A stretch of 63,907 nt of DNA, filler included, from Chiloscyllium plagiosum (GCF_004010195.1; 4 parts of one record of this genome joined end to end with filler, not necessarily neighbours in it), one strand, 5' to 3'; counted from the first letter of the whole stretch, positions 12,466 to 25,222 are shown. The notes: generated by a model from the letters alone, not told the origin. Made by a program: numbers and translations.

Positions 12466-13549
12466 TTGATCATTCTGTGTTTGGGTTAAAGTTCAGAGCT
12501 CCAAGCCACTAACTGCATTGAAATCCATCCATCATGGTATCCTGTAGTAGTAAGTTTGAGTTCCCTGATTTCTCGTGAACTGATTTCCAATGTTTTCTAA
12601 TCGTCTCAAATAAGATTACAACTCAATTTAGGAATGGAAAATGCATCCATTCATAATTCCGTTTAATTGAAATAATTCCTATTTTCCTTCCCACCCTTAT
12701 CAGGGAAGGTAAGATAAGACAATGTGGAGGTGGACATTTGACAGCAACAAATTTGATAACACTGAAAGCCATAATTGTAGATTGACACACAAATAGTCTA
12801 GAACCTTGATGCTCAGTGCTGGACTCTTAAGACTTTAGCATCCTGTAAAACCCAACAGGCTTATTTGGATTTTGAACAGTTTCTCCTCAAAATGTTGCTC
12901 ATCTAAACTAGGTCAACTTAATTGCAATTGGTTAATCATACTTAACATAAAGGAAAAAATACGCACCACTCTTTGATAAGTACAACATAAAAAAATAAAT
13001 TATTAAAAGGTGTATTGGTAACACTACAATTGACTAACGATAACATCACTGCCCTGAGCAGAACTGTGCTAGCTGGAAAGAGTTACTTTCCATCTTGGTA
13101 GCCAAGTAGATGAGGTGCATTTTGTTGCTTGTATAGGATTTGCAATGGTATCAGTCTGGAGTTGTATGGTCTTATAGCTGGTATTTAAATGTTGTTGATA
13201 GAGATGACCAGTATTCAGTCATTGCTGTCTGCATCAGTAATAACAAACAAGTGAAATAGAATGATGTAGTTGCTTTAAATCAAAGATTTTAACTAAGTTG
13301 GCTCAAACATTTTTCATCATTTGCTGATGTAAGCAATCCTTGAAAAATCCGTTTTATTGTCCTATCTCTAATTCCTCTTAAGGTGGTTATGTATAGCACC
13401 TTGAACTCTGCAGTCTTTGGTTTAGGTACACCCAAAGCTATTGGAGATAATTTCCTGATTTTGACTAGACAACAGTAATATACTTACAAAATCAAATTGA
13501 AGATGTTCCCATGTGCTTTCTGTCCTTAGTCATATGTTATAGATTGGAA

Positions 13550-14170
13550 AGAACATAACACAAGTAGGTACAGAAGTAGACCGACATGGCTGCTCTGCTA
13601 ATTAATCTTACCTGCATACCCTTTGATACACTAAGGCCCCAAAGCTATTTATGTAACTTAAAATTTGCTTGGTGTCACAGCGTCCATAATCATTTTGCGT
13701 TAGAGAATTCCAAGATTTACAGCCATTCAAAGAATTATTTTATCATCTCAGTACTAAATGATTGACCCCTTATTCCCAGTTAAGGAAACAATCCCTGGTT
13801 CTACCCTGTCAAGCCTTTCAGCAACTTTTATGTTTCAATGAGTTCACCCCTTAATCGAAACCCAGACAGTGTCGGCCCACTTTACTCAACTTCATCATCG
13901 GACAAGTTTCTCCACCCAGGAACTAAACTCTTATACCTTTGAAGTACCACCTCCCAATGCAAGTATATGTTTCACGATATAAGATGAGAACTGTGCACAC
14001 TATTCCAGATATGATCTCACCAAAACCCTATACAGTAATTGTAAGGTTCATGTACCCCAATGCTTTGTGCACTAAAGGCTGACATACCATTTACCTTCCC
14101 GTTATTCTATATTAATAGTATTCCATGTATAAATCCACACAAGTCTGTATGAGCATCAATATTTCAAGGA
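13550..14170 (-). mobile_element. Old CR1 3' fragment
   Basis: aactgtgcacactattccag (revcomp LE*CAQF-like) and CR1-type 3' tail. Confidence 0.65.
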
Positions 14171-14667
14171 TGCAATGGTTTCTTGTGGAGAAAATGTATT
14201 CTGCACAAGTTGGTCCATCATTGGATTCTTTGTCTAGACCTACATTAAAATATACTGAATGCATTCTTGATCCAAGGTTGAGTATCTGATTAAGTTATCT
14301 AACAACCTAACTTCTATCCAGTGTGTGAACTGTAGAATGAGAGAGCCATCAGAGCAATGAATAGAGCAGAAGGCTGAAACAATTGCGAGATTTTATGTCC
14401 CAGGGTATTACACGTAACTTGAGCACAGAGGGTTTTGCCAGTTCTTCAACAATGAGAGATTAAATTTAAACAACTGAGGCGGACCGCTTAAGATTGACTA
14501 ACTAGTAACTAGTTCTCTAACAGAGCGACATGATATATGTACTGTATTTGAAGCCAAGTCTTTGGCTCGTTTGCTGATGCTTCATCATAAGATATTACTT
14601 TTTTCGCCCTATCTTGATTTTCCATTGCTTTATACTTATAGAAGCAGTAAAGAATGTAGAACTTAGT

Positions 14668-15574
14668 TGTGAGAGGTAATTTCGGTTTAAACTTTAAGAT
14701 GTGCCTGGACCACGGACTGGTCTATAATAAAAGACAAAACTTTTGTTTCTTTTCTAACAACCATTTTATATACTCAAAAGTGGAGTAGTTTAAATTGTGC
14801 AGAATGCTGACAATTTGTGAGCAGAGTAAAAACAAGCAGGCTAGTTTAAATTGTGCAGAATGCTGACAATTTGTGAGCAGAGTAAAAACAAACAGGCTAG
14901 TTTAAATTGTGCAGAATGCTGACAATTTGTGAGCAGAGTAAAAACAAACAGGCTAGTTTAAATTGTGCAGAATGCTGACAATTTGTGAGCAGAGTAAAAA
15001 CAAACAGGCTAGTTTAAATTGTGCAGAATGCTGACAATTTGTGAGCAGAGTAAAAACAAACAGGCTAGTTTAAATTGTGCAGAATGCTGACAATTTGTGA
15101 GCAGAGTAAAAACAAACAGGATAGTTTAAATTGTGCAGAATGCTGACAATTTGTGAGCAGAGTAAAAACAAGCAGGCCCTTGATTGATGAAACCATTGAC
15201 ACAGGAGGGAAGGATGAGTCCTTGACTGATAAGACTCCAGGATGGGGGAACGACTTGAGAGACATCTGTTTCAGATTAAAGCCTTTGACTGATAAGACTA
15301 CAGGGTGAGAAAAACAACAAACTTTGGAGACTCTGGAGCCTTTTGTTGCAGACTTTGTGATAAAAATAATGATGTTTTTAAGAATGTGAACCTCATGGCT
15401 TGTTGGAGCCAAGGAGAGGAGGGACTTGTGCTGTATATAATGGGAGACTTTGTAAGACCACAGGGCGCCTTTTCTTTAAGGGTGCCCGACTCTGCAGACT
15501 TGACTTGTTAATAAAACTTTGTTTTCCTGAATTTGTCTAGAGCGATTATTGAGAAGCGATTTTCGTTTCTAACA
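14668..15574 (+). mobile_element. LTR copy B with internal tandem expansion
   Basis: Same termini and body as 9617-10180, plus 6 extra 56-bp units. Confidence 0.8.
14786..15177 (+). repeat. 56-bp tandem repeat x7
   Basis: Unit tagtttaaattgtgcagaatgctgacaatttgtgagcagagtaaaaacaaacaggc starts at 14786, 14842, 14898, 14954, 15010, 15066, 15122. Confidence 0.97.
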
Positions 15575-16035
15575 TGGACTCTGTCACTACCTGCAGAAAT
15601 TCTCTTTCTAAGACAGACTGCCCATCAGTGAACTCAGCAACTTTGCTCCCGCTCTGCCTCTGTCATTTATTTTCTTTCTTTCTGCTTCTCGTTTTAAAAT
15701 ATAAAACGGTTGAGATAAGTTTTAACAGTAGAGAATCTGGTTGTCTAGCTCCTGCGATGGGTTTCCAGAAGGGGGTGGAACTGTTGTGCGAGGACTGGGC
15801 AGTAGACAGCATTGCTCCTGCTTTGTCCCTCGGCCCTGGAACCATTTGTGTGAGGCCGTGGTTTCCAGCCAGCGGCAATGGAGGAAGCACAGGGCTGGTG
15901 GTTGCTAAGGGGGGGGAGACCCGAAGGAGAGGAGACGGTGGCCTTGGAGTCAGGTTGAAAAGGCTGGAGGTGGCGGCTCAGTGTCCACCCGAGGGAGGTT
16001 TCCCCACTGGCGGTATCGTCTCTGTCTGGTGCAAG

Positions 16036-16405
16036 TCATAGAGTCATAGAGATGTACAGCATGGAAACTGACCCTTCAGTCCAACCCGTCCATGCTGACC
16101 AGATATCCCAACCTAATCTAGTCCCACCTGCCAGCACCTGGCCCATATCCCTCCAAACCCTTCCTATTCATACTTACATCCAAATACCTCTTAAATGTTG
16201 CAATTGTACCAGCCTCCACCACTTCCTCTGTCAGCTCATTCCATACACATACTACCCTCTGCGTGAAATCGTTGGCTCTTGGGTCGCTTTTATATCTTTC
16301 CCCTCTCACCCTAAACCTATGCCCTCTAGTTCTGGACTCCCCAACCCCAGGTAAAGGCTTTGTCTATTTATCCTATCCATGCCCATCATAATTTTGTAAA
16401 CTTTT
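16036..16405 (-). mobile_element. Young CR1 3' fragment
   Basis: RGERYK...FTQRVVCVWNEL.EEVVEAGTIATFKRYLD; same subfamily as 26348 and 45228. Confidence 0.9.
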
Positions 16406-16409
16406 ACAT

Positions 16410-16623
16410 TTACCCCTTCACTATAGCCAATTTAGCATGACCAATTCACCTAACCAGCACATTTTTGGACTGTGAGAGGAAACCAGAGCACCCGGAGGAA
16501 ACCCACGCAGACACGGGGAGAATGTGCAAACTTCCACGTGGACAGTTGCCTGAGGCGGGAATTGAACCCGGGTCTCTGGTGCTGTGAGGCAGCAGTGCTA
16601 ACCACTGTGCCACTGTGCTGCCC
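16410..16623 (-). mobile_element. HE1-type SINE abutting Gypsy pol
   Basis: Reverse complement starts gggcagcacagtggcacagtggttagcactgc...cgggttcaattcccgcc. Confidence 0.85.
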
Positions 16624-18336
16624 ATAATAATTCACTAACCCAAGGAAAGACCTAATCTCCAATACAGATGTGGGAGCTGGGGCTCCTTTGATCACCTTCA
16701 ATTTATCTTCCAGTGGGTGTAACCTGGTTGGTTAACTCTGTAACCCAAGTAGGTCACCTGGGGTGTCTGGAACACACATTTTTCCCTCCAAGTTATTTGC
16801 CCACCTGGGAGCAATGTTTAAGTATTATGATCAGGTTCTCCAAGTGCTCTTTATTGGTCTTCCCTGTTATTAGCACATCATCCAGATAAATGGCAACCTG
16901 GGGTAGCCCTTGTAAAACGTTCTCCATGGTCTGGCGGAAAAGGACACTGGCTGATGATATCCCAAATGCCAGCATTGCACATTGCACATTGCTTTAAGCC
17001 TTAATGGGTATTAATTGTAGCATCCTTCTGGGACTCCTCAACCAGTTGCAATTCCAGGTGGACGTGGCTCATGTCACTTTTGCAAAGGAGATCCCCCTTT
17101 CCCTGTCAAAGCTTTGAAAAAGGGTCAGTTAGACTCAAAGCATCAGCTCTTTTCTCTCCTTACAGATGCTGCCAGACCTGCTGAGATTTTCCAGCATTTT
17201 CTCTTTTGGTTTCAGATTCCAGCATCCGCAGTAATTTGCTTTTTACCTAGCTCTGATTAGTCTGGTTTGGTACAGAGATTAAAGTTTATTGAGAGGCCTT
17301 TTTTTGTTTATATGTAAACAGATGAGACTTAAGGCCAAAGTGGTCATGTTTTAGAAGTGACCTGTATAATGGAAGGGGAGTGGTCAGCTCTCTAGCTGAG
17401 CAGTTCAGACCAGAACTAGTTAGGTATTCAGCTGTGTGGAAACAGGCTGTCTGTCTCTCTGCCCTTCTAACTTCAACCTGTAAGCATCTGTTCCATTTTT
17501 AACTGTTTCTTAAGGGGGTTTGCTTATTGGGGCTGTTGTATATATTCGGAACAGCGAAATTAAGTCTATTTTGGATAGACTGCGTTCTGTAGGGGTTCTT
17601 TATTCTTTGTGTTTCATTGTGTAATTTTGTGAATAAAGTTTTTTGACTTTTAAAACCGGGGTAGTCAACCTCGCTAACTTATTCCGGGTAATTTTCACTG
17701 TACACCTACCAAATCAAATTGCAAAGTTATGGTCTGGGCTGCCTGCTTAATGTTTTGAATGGTCTGGCCTCGTCCATAACCAGGTCCCCATGCTCCACGT
17801 TATGTATTTTCTAATGATAGAGCCAGTTGTAGTGCCTGTTTGAAGTCCAGTTGGGCTTCAGCTAATAGGAGCTTCTGTATGGTCATGTCATTAATCCCAC
17901 AAAACAAGTGGTCCCTCAGCGTCTCATTCAGGGTTAATCCAACATCACATGCCTCTGCCAGTTATCACAACTTGTCAAAAATCCTGATCTGGATCCTCCT
18001 GGTTCTCTAAAAGCTAAACAAAATGGATAGCATGTCAGAATTAGAGGAGGCTTGGGGTTGTAATATTCCTTACCAACACTCTTGGAAGGCTTTAATGTCT
18101 ACTGAAGTAAGTACATCCCATCACCAAGTCACCCGTTACTTGTGTACAGTACACTGGCTGTGGCCAGCCAGCTCAGAATCACTCACCTGAACGGAGGAGA
18201 TTCTAATCTCCTGGGTTTTTTTTTCTTGTTTCTCCTGGTTTTATTGGTCAGCCAGGGCTTTCCTGACTGGACTGTGTTAATAACCCCAATCAACAATCTC
18301 ATAGTCAACAAGATCCAATTGGTACCAATCACTACA
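16624..18336 (-). mobile_element. Degraded Ty3/Gypsy element: LTR (~18103-18336), gag (~17781-18100), RT (~16624-17100), with nested insertions
   Basis: Minus strand: TGTAGTGATT LTR start at 18336; LNETLRDHLFCGIND..IQKLLLAE gag motif; FGISSASVLF...YLDDVLI and EIRSFLGLVNYYG RT motifs. Confidence 0.85.
17250..17780 (+). mobile_element. LTR-like element nested in the Gypsy remnant
   Basis: TATAAT at ~17365, AATAAA at ~17632, ends ccataac; interrupts gag-pol. Confidence 0.45.
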
Positions 18337-18409
18337 GTGGACATGTAAAAAAGACTTCAGTAATTATGGGTGACTTTAATCTTCATGCAGATTGGGATAG
18401 TCAGATTAG

Positions 18410-20728
18410 TAGAAGAGCACGAACAGCCAAGTTTCTGTTATTGAGACTGGCTGTAATGCAACGAGGGGTACGTCAGTTTCCAAGAGATCAATTGTGTTAG
18501 GGGATTCTGTAGTCGGAGGTACAGACAGACGTTTCTGTGGCCAGCAGAGAAAAAGCAGAATGGTGTGTTGTTTCCCTGGTGCCAGGAACAAGGATGTCTC
18601 AGAGGGTGCAGAATGTTCTCACAGGGGGAGAGGGGCCAGCAGGAGGTCATTGTACACATTGGAACGAATGACATAGGAAGGGAAAAGGTTGAGGTTCTGA
18701 AGGGAGATTAGAGAGTTAGGCAGGAATTTAAAAAGGAGGTCCTTGAAGGTAGTAATATCTGGATTACTCCCAGTGCTACAGGCTCGTGAGGGCAGGAATA
18801 GGAGGATAGAGCAGATGAATGCATGGCTGAGGAGCTGGTGTATGGGAGAAAAATTCACATTTTTGGATCATTCGAATCTCTTTTTGGGTAGAAGTGACCT
18901 GTACAAGAAGGACAGATTGCACCTAAATTGGAAGGGGACTAATATACTGGCAGGGAAATTTGCTAGAACTGCTTGGGAGGATTTAACTAGTAAGGTGGTG
19001 GGGTGGGACCCAGGGAGATAGATCAATCTCTTTCCTCACTGAGACTGGTACAGCTGAGAACAGAAGTGAATCAAACAGGGCAGGCAAGGACAAGGTAGGA
19101 CTAATAAATTTAAACTGCATTTATTTCAATGCAAGGGGCCTAACAGGGAAGGCAGATGAACTCAGGGCATGGTTAGGAACATGGGACTGGGATATCATAG
19201 CAATTACGGAAACATGGCTCAGGGATGGGCAGGACTGGCAGCTTAATATTCCAGGATACCAATGCTACAGGAAGGATAGAAAGGGAGGCAAGAGAGGAGG
19301 GGGGAGTGGCCTTTTTGATAAGGGATAGCTTTACAGCTGTGATGAGGGAGGATATTCCCAGAAATACATCCAGGGAAGTTATTTGGGTGGAACTGAGAAA
19401 TAAGAAAGAGTTGATTACCTTATTGGGATTGTATTATAGACCTCCCCAATAGTCAGAGGGAAATTGAGAAACAAACTTGTAAGGAGATCTCAGCTAACTG
19501 TAAGAATAATAGGGTAGTTATGGGAGGGGATTTTAACTTTCCAAACATCGACTGGGACTGCCATAGTGTTAAAGGCTTAGATGGAGAGGAATTTGTTAAG
19601 TGTGTACAAGACAATTTTCTGATTCAGTATGTGGATGTACCTACTAGAGAAGGTGCAAAACTAGACCTACTCTTGGGAAATAAGGCAGGGCAGGTGACTG
19701 AGGTGTCAGTGGGGGAGCACTTTGGGGCCAGCGACCATCATTCTATTTGTTTTAAAATCGTGATGGAAAAGAATAGACCAGATTTAAAAGTTGAAGTTCT
19801 AAATTGGAGAAAGGCCCATTTTGACGATATTAGGCAAGAACTTTCGAAAGCCGATTGGAGGCAGATGTTCGCAGGTAAAGGGACGGCTGGAAAATGGGAA
19901 GCCTTCAGAAATGAGATAACAAGAATCCAGACAAAGTATATTCCTGTCAGGGTGAAAGGGAAAGCTGGTAGGTATAGGGAATGCTGGATGACGAAAGAAA
20001 TTGAAGGTTTGGTTAAGAAAAAGAAGGAAGCATATGTCAGGTATAGACAGAATAGATTGAGTAAATCCTTAGAGTATAAAGGAAGTAGGAGTATACTTAA
20101 GAGGGAAATAAGGAGGGCAAAAAGGGGACATGAGACAGCTTTGGCAAATAGAATTAAGGAGAATGCAGAGGGTTTTTACAAATATACTAAGGGCAAAAGG
20201 GTAACAAGGGAGAGAACAGGGCCCCTTCAAGATCAGCAAGGCAGCCTTTGTGTGGAGCCACAAAAAATGGGGGAGATACTAAATGAATATTTTGCATCAG
20301 TATTTACGGTGGAAAAGGATATGGAAGATATAGACTGTAGGGAAATAGATGGTGACATCTTGCAAAATGTCCAGCTTACAGCAGAGGAAGTGCTGGATGT
20401 CTTGAAACGGTTAAAGGTGGATAGATCCCCAGGACCTGATCAGGTTACCTGAGAACTCTGTGGGAAGCTAGAGAAGTGATTGTTGGGCCTCTTGCTGAGA
20501 TATTTGTATCATCGATAGTCACAGGTGAGGTGCCGGAAGACTGGAGGTTGGCAAACGTGGTGCCACTGTTTAAGAAGGGCAGTAAAGACAAGCCAGGGAA
20601 CTATAGACCAGTGAGCCTGACCTCGGTGGTGGGCAAGTTGTTGGAGGGAATCCTGAGGGACAGGATATACATGTATTTGGAAAGGCAAGGACTGATTCGG
20701 AATAGTCACCATGGCTTTGTGCGTGGGA
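18410..20728 (+). mobile_element. CR1 LINE with SGNH-esterase ORF1 and ORF2 (APE endonuclease, RT start), cut by a contig join
   Basis: LGDSVV...VCCFPGA, VVISGLLPV...DRLHLN; CIYFNARG...AITETWL; GDFNFPNIDW; SDHHSI; WRLANVVPLFKKG..PGNYRPVSLTSVVGKLLE. Confidence 0.95.
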
Positions 20729-20828
20729 NNNNNNNNNNNNNNNNNNNNNNNNNNNNNNNNNNNNNNNNNNNNTTAATTAATTAANNNNNNNNNNNNNNNN
20801 NNNNNNNNNNNNNNNNNNNNNNNNNNNN
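20729..20828. other. Artificial scaffold join (44N-TTAATTAATTAA-44N)
   Basis: Exactly 100 nt; the same construct occurs at 49678 and 56714. Confidence 0.97.
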
Positions 20829-20960
20829 GTGCGAGGATGGGAGGGTGGGTCGTAGGGGGGCGTGGACCTGACCAGGTAGTCACGGAGGGAACGGTCTTTG
20901 CGGAAGGCGGAGAGGGGTGGGGAGGGAAATATATCCCTGTTGGTGGGGTCTGTTTGGAGT
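20829..20960 (-). mobile_element. Penelope-like ORF fragment (RT-to-endonuclease linker)
   Basis: Minus strand LQTDPTNRDIFPSPPLSAFRKDRSLRDYLVRS. Confidence 0.7.
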
Positions 20961-20963
20961 TGA

Positions 20964-21145
20964 CCCTCAGCGCTGACCCTCTGACAGCGCGCCGCTCCCT
21001 CAGCGCTGACCCTCTGACAGCGTGCCGCTCCCTCAGCGCTGACCCTCTGACAGCGCGCCGCTCCCTCAGCGCTGACCCTCTGACAGCCCTCTGACAGCGC
21101 GCCGCTCCCTCAGCGCTGACCCTCTGACAGCGCGCCGCTCCCTCA
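20964..21145. repeat. 33-bp GC-rich minisatellite (~5.5 units)
   Basis: Unit ccctcagcgctgaccctctgacagcgcgccgct. Confidence 0.95.
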
Positions 21146-22399
21146 AAGAATTGTGGATACTGGAAATCAGAAATTTCTGTAAAAATTCACTGACAGTATT
21201 CATGGAGAGTAAACAGAGTCAACATTCCAGGTCCAGACAGTAATGTTGCACTGAGCCACCACCACCATCGTCTGTTTGTGGAGTCAGTGAATTGCACAGA
21301 GCAGAGTGAGACACACAGATGATGATTTTAGTTTCTGAAATATTTTGTGTGCACTGCAAAATTGCTGGTATGTATTTGAATGCAGGAGGTGGTAAACTAC
21401 CCACCCACTCCATCTGTTTTCTCTCTGTATTCCTCTTCACTTCACATACCATTCTGGGCTACATAACTCACTGATGTCATTATTGCAGGTTTTTTTTTAA
21501 AGAGGAATCCAATTGAACACTCAGAATAGCAGCAAATAAATCTGTGGAATTATTCGGAGGCAGTGCCAGGATTGGCCGGGGTGGCGTGGTGGCGCTGTAA
21601 GTGGCTGTGGGGTGCAGGTGCTGGGGAAATTGGTCAGAGCCATGCACAGACTGGATTCTTCTTTTATTTTCTCAAATACAAAGATCAGCTGCATTCTGTC
21701 AACCCCAGTTCACTCTCTTCTCCCCCCCCACCCCCACTTCCTCCTCCTGCTCACTCCCCCCACCCCCCCCAAACACCAGTTGTGGCAGAGATGTCAAGCC
21801 ATTGGGAAGTGTTTACTTGGTAGGAATTTAACTTCACGGATGTCATTGGAGCCCACCATGACAGAACCATCTCCATCCAACTCCAGGTACTGCTGCTGCT
21901 GCCTGTTCCTCCTGCCAGAAGGTAGTCTGTGTTTAGAGCTCTCTGCACAAAAGGGTGGTGCAAGCTGGAAGCATTGAGACATTTATGAAGAATTTAGATG
22001 AGCATTTGTGTGCAAAGCTGTGGACCAAGTGCTGGAAAATGAGATAAGAACTGATAGACTTCTCATGACCAACACAGACATGATGAGCCAAAAGGCTTTA
22101 TCCGTGCTGTAAACTCCCCATCCCCTACACATGATTCTCCCCTTCTGCCAAACAGTGACTTGTTCCAGAGATGCAACTCCCCCACTGCTGTCCTTTCCAT
22201 AATGAGGGTCCTCCAAAGACTTTCTGAAATCTCTCGAGCTCCTGGCTGCCTATTTTTCTATCTGCAGTGAATAGCCCCAGGCGTGTATTGAATTGAGAAT
22301 TAACCTCCCCACCCATTGAGATAAACAGGCCAGCAAAAGTCCAAATGATTGTTCACAGAATAGTTTTCTGCAGTAATCTATCCTTGATTTGTTCATTTA

Positions 22400-23930
22400 A
22401 TTATCAACCTAACATTGTGTGAACAATGATGTAATAGTGATGATAATGTGACTGAGACAGAGAAATGTGAACCAGTTACTAAGATTCCAGATTTACGTAA
22501 GACTGGCTTAATGGGATGAGATAGGGACTGTCTGCGAATCTGTTAATGGGCAAAATGACAGAAGATGATCTGTGGGAGGTACCCAAAAAAGCAAATTTAA
22601 TATGATTCAGAACGAGTTTACATGCTGAAAGGCGGAGAGCTCTATTTACCAAAAACCAAAACCAGACACCACTAAAGGGTAAAAAGAGAAAATGCAGCCA
22701 AACTACAAAAGCTAGCAGAGATCATGGTGAACGGGAATGATACAAAGAACCACAAAGGTTGACAGATGGTAAAAATTACACAAGGGAGCTTACAAAGGAT
22801 ATCAAATTCAGCAGACCATTTTCACAGTTATTTCAGGAAAATAAGTAGGAACATTTTTACACAGGATGAGAAACACAAACTTCAGGGGAAAATAGATCAA
22901 GCCATACCTAGCTAAACATGTTAATGATAGTATTAGATTAAAACAAGAGGCTTAATACTGTGACTTATAGTTGGACACTTGAGAATTGGAAATGTATTTG
23001 AAACTATAAAGGACTACCAAAAGGTGGTTGATAAGGAAAGAATTTGAATGAGTAAACTAGCCAGGAATAGAAAACAAATTGAGAGTTTTGCAAGTATATA
23101 AAAAGACAAGAACGGTTGAATTAAATAGAAAAACTATAATGATGAATAAGAAAATGGCAGAAACATTTAACAAATTCCTTTTCTTTTGGTTTTCACAATT
23201 TAAGACTCAATAAGCCATACAAGAAATGTACAAGGGCTAATGGAAGAGTGGAGCTTAAAGCAATTCATTTCAGCAGAAAACAAACACTGGAGCAATTAAT
23301 GGGAGGCCAATTTGACACATCCACAGCAGCTGAAAGGGGGAGTGACACAGATGATGAATGCACACACGATGATTTTCCAAAGTTTCTGTGATTTTAGGAT
23401 GGTCCCAGCGCTCTGAAAGTTAGAACTATTCAACAAAATTGGGAGAGAGGGAACAGGGAACAACAGATCAGTTAACCTGACGCAAGTCATTGAGAAAATG
23501 TTGGAATCTATTACAGGGTATTAAAGAAATGTTCACAAAAACTTTAGTAAATCAGATATCAGTAAATCTATGAAAAGCAAGTATTGCCTAATAAACTTTA
23601 GGTTCTGCGGATGTTATGAACAGGATAGATAAAGGGGAACCAGTGGATGTATTATAACTGGATTTTCAAAAGGTACTTAGAGTGTCATCTAAAAGGTGAT
23701 AACACAAAATTAAGGCTTAGGTGGGTCTTAGAATGGTTAAAGGACTGGTTAATGGAGCAGGAAGTAGAGTGTAAGGATAAATGGAACATTGTTGATGGTG
23801 ACGGGAGTTCACACAGTTACCTAATGCAGGTAGTCAGTTTTTACTGTGTTTCTGATTCTTTATTACTTCTATTAAGAAACAGTAGCTTACATATGGTACA
23901 TTAATGAATTAGATTTTAAAAACTGTGCGA
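22400..23930 (+). mobile_element. Old degraded CR1 ORF2
   Basis: Remnants of GNNRSVNLTQVIEKMLESI and DKGEPVDV..LDFQK motifs. Confidence 0.6.
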
Positions 23931-23989
23931 CTGTGACAATATGCAAAGATTCAGTGATACCCCAGGACAAACGGGCTATTATATTGAAT

Positions 23990-25075
23990 GTGTTGGTTTT
24001 GTTAAGATCTTGGAGGCAGCATCTTGCTCTCTGTCTGAAGATTGAGGAAACTCTTGCCTGGGTCTTGTTCCTCCTCTTCTGGTCCATCTGTCTTCTGGAG
24101 AAACCAGCATTGTCAGGGCCACAGGATCAGAACTTCCCAATGAGAAGTTCTTCCTGCCCCGCAAGCCCCAATGTTCTTCCTCGCACAAAAAATGAGGATT
24201 CTAAAAGGCTTTTTTCTGTGTACATCGAAGGGAGATAAATTCGGCAAACCCAGGAGAAGAGAAACTGGGTCCACCTTGACTTCGGTCCCCAAGACCCCCT
24301 CTATACTCCTGCCACAGCACTCCATTATGTACAGAGCCTATGGCAGGACCACAATGAGTGAGGATACCTGTATTTATTTTACAGTTGGGGCACATTGAAG
24401 ACACACCCTGCTTAAATTTTGCAAGACAATTTGGGGCCAGATGAGCCCTATGAAGAATCTTTAACTGTATAGCATAGGTCCTATTAGATATCGAAATCCT
24501 CTTCCCACTCTCACAAATGCCCTTCCAAGATTCCGGAGTGATCTCCACCCCTAACTCTCTCTCCCAGGCCTCCCGTAATCACTCAGTGTCACCTGAGGAA
24601 CCTCCCCCGAACAAATGATAGCGAGTATTCGCTGAGAGTGCTGTTAGCCTGAAGCATCCTCTTTTCCGTATCCGATCTGTAACACTCAGTCAGAAGCATA
24701 GTCTCCTTTTGGATAAAATCTCTGATCTGAGAAAAACGAAAGAGGTCCCTGCTCAATAATCCATACTCATGAGTTATTTGATCAAATGACAATAACATTT
24801 CATCTTCAAACAGGTCACCCAAACAAGAGACTCCCCTATCCGCCCAGGATTTAAACCCAGGATCCATTGTCCCTGGCCAGAAACCTGGCATACCAACTAT
24901 GGGAGTATGGAAAGTTGTTTTAGACATATTACCCTCCATCTGTCTCATTGCACTCCGCTTTGACAGTGATAATAACTATTGGATTGTGGCAATGTTTTGC
25001 AACTATCCTCATTTTGTCCAGACGCAGCACTTTGCCTGGGAGGCCTCGATGTCCAACCATATTGATGCCGAGTCC
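23990..25075 (-). mobile_element. L1/Tx1-type LINE ORF2 C-terminal fragment
   Basis: GFKSWADRGVSCLGDLF...DLFRFSQIRDFI and WKGICE...IQLKILHRAHLAP..LAKF....CPNC......THC (Cys-rich L1 C-terminus). Confidence 0.85.
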
Positions 25076-25079
25076 TCAC

Positions 25080-25222
25080 AGGGTGAATTGGCCATGCTAA
25101 ATTGAATTAGTCAGAGGTGCATTAGTCAGAGGGAAATGGGTCTGGGTGGGTTACTCTTCGGAGGGTTGGTGTGGACTTGTTGGGCCAAAGGGCCTGTTTC
25201 CACACTGTAGGGAATCTAATCT
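25080..25222 (+). mobile_element. HE1-type SINE, 3' part
   Basis: ggtgaattggccatgctaaatt...cacactgtagggaatctaatct. Confidence 0.8.

Noticed and set aside
12701..12713. cag-GGAAG-gtaag microexon candidate with a good pyrimidine tract
   Set aside because: Also 5 nt (frameshifting), and it lies inside the LTR-bounded segment of uncertain origin.
14786..15177. CRISPR-like array
   Set aside because: Units are contiguous with no unique spacers, the context is eukaryotic, and it is part of an LTR.
19520..20452. 310-aa ORF as a host gene or active element
   Set aside because: It is a CR1 ORF2 piece bounded by frameshifts.
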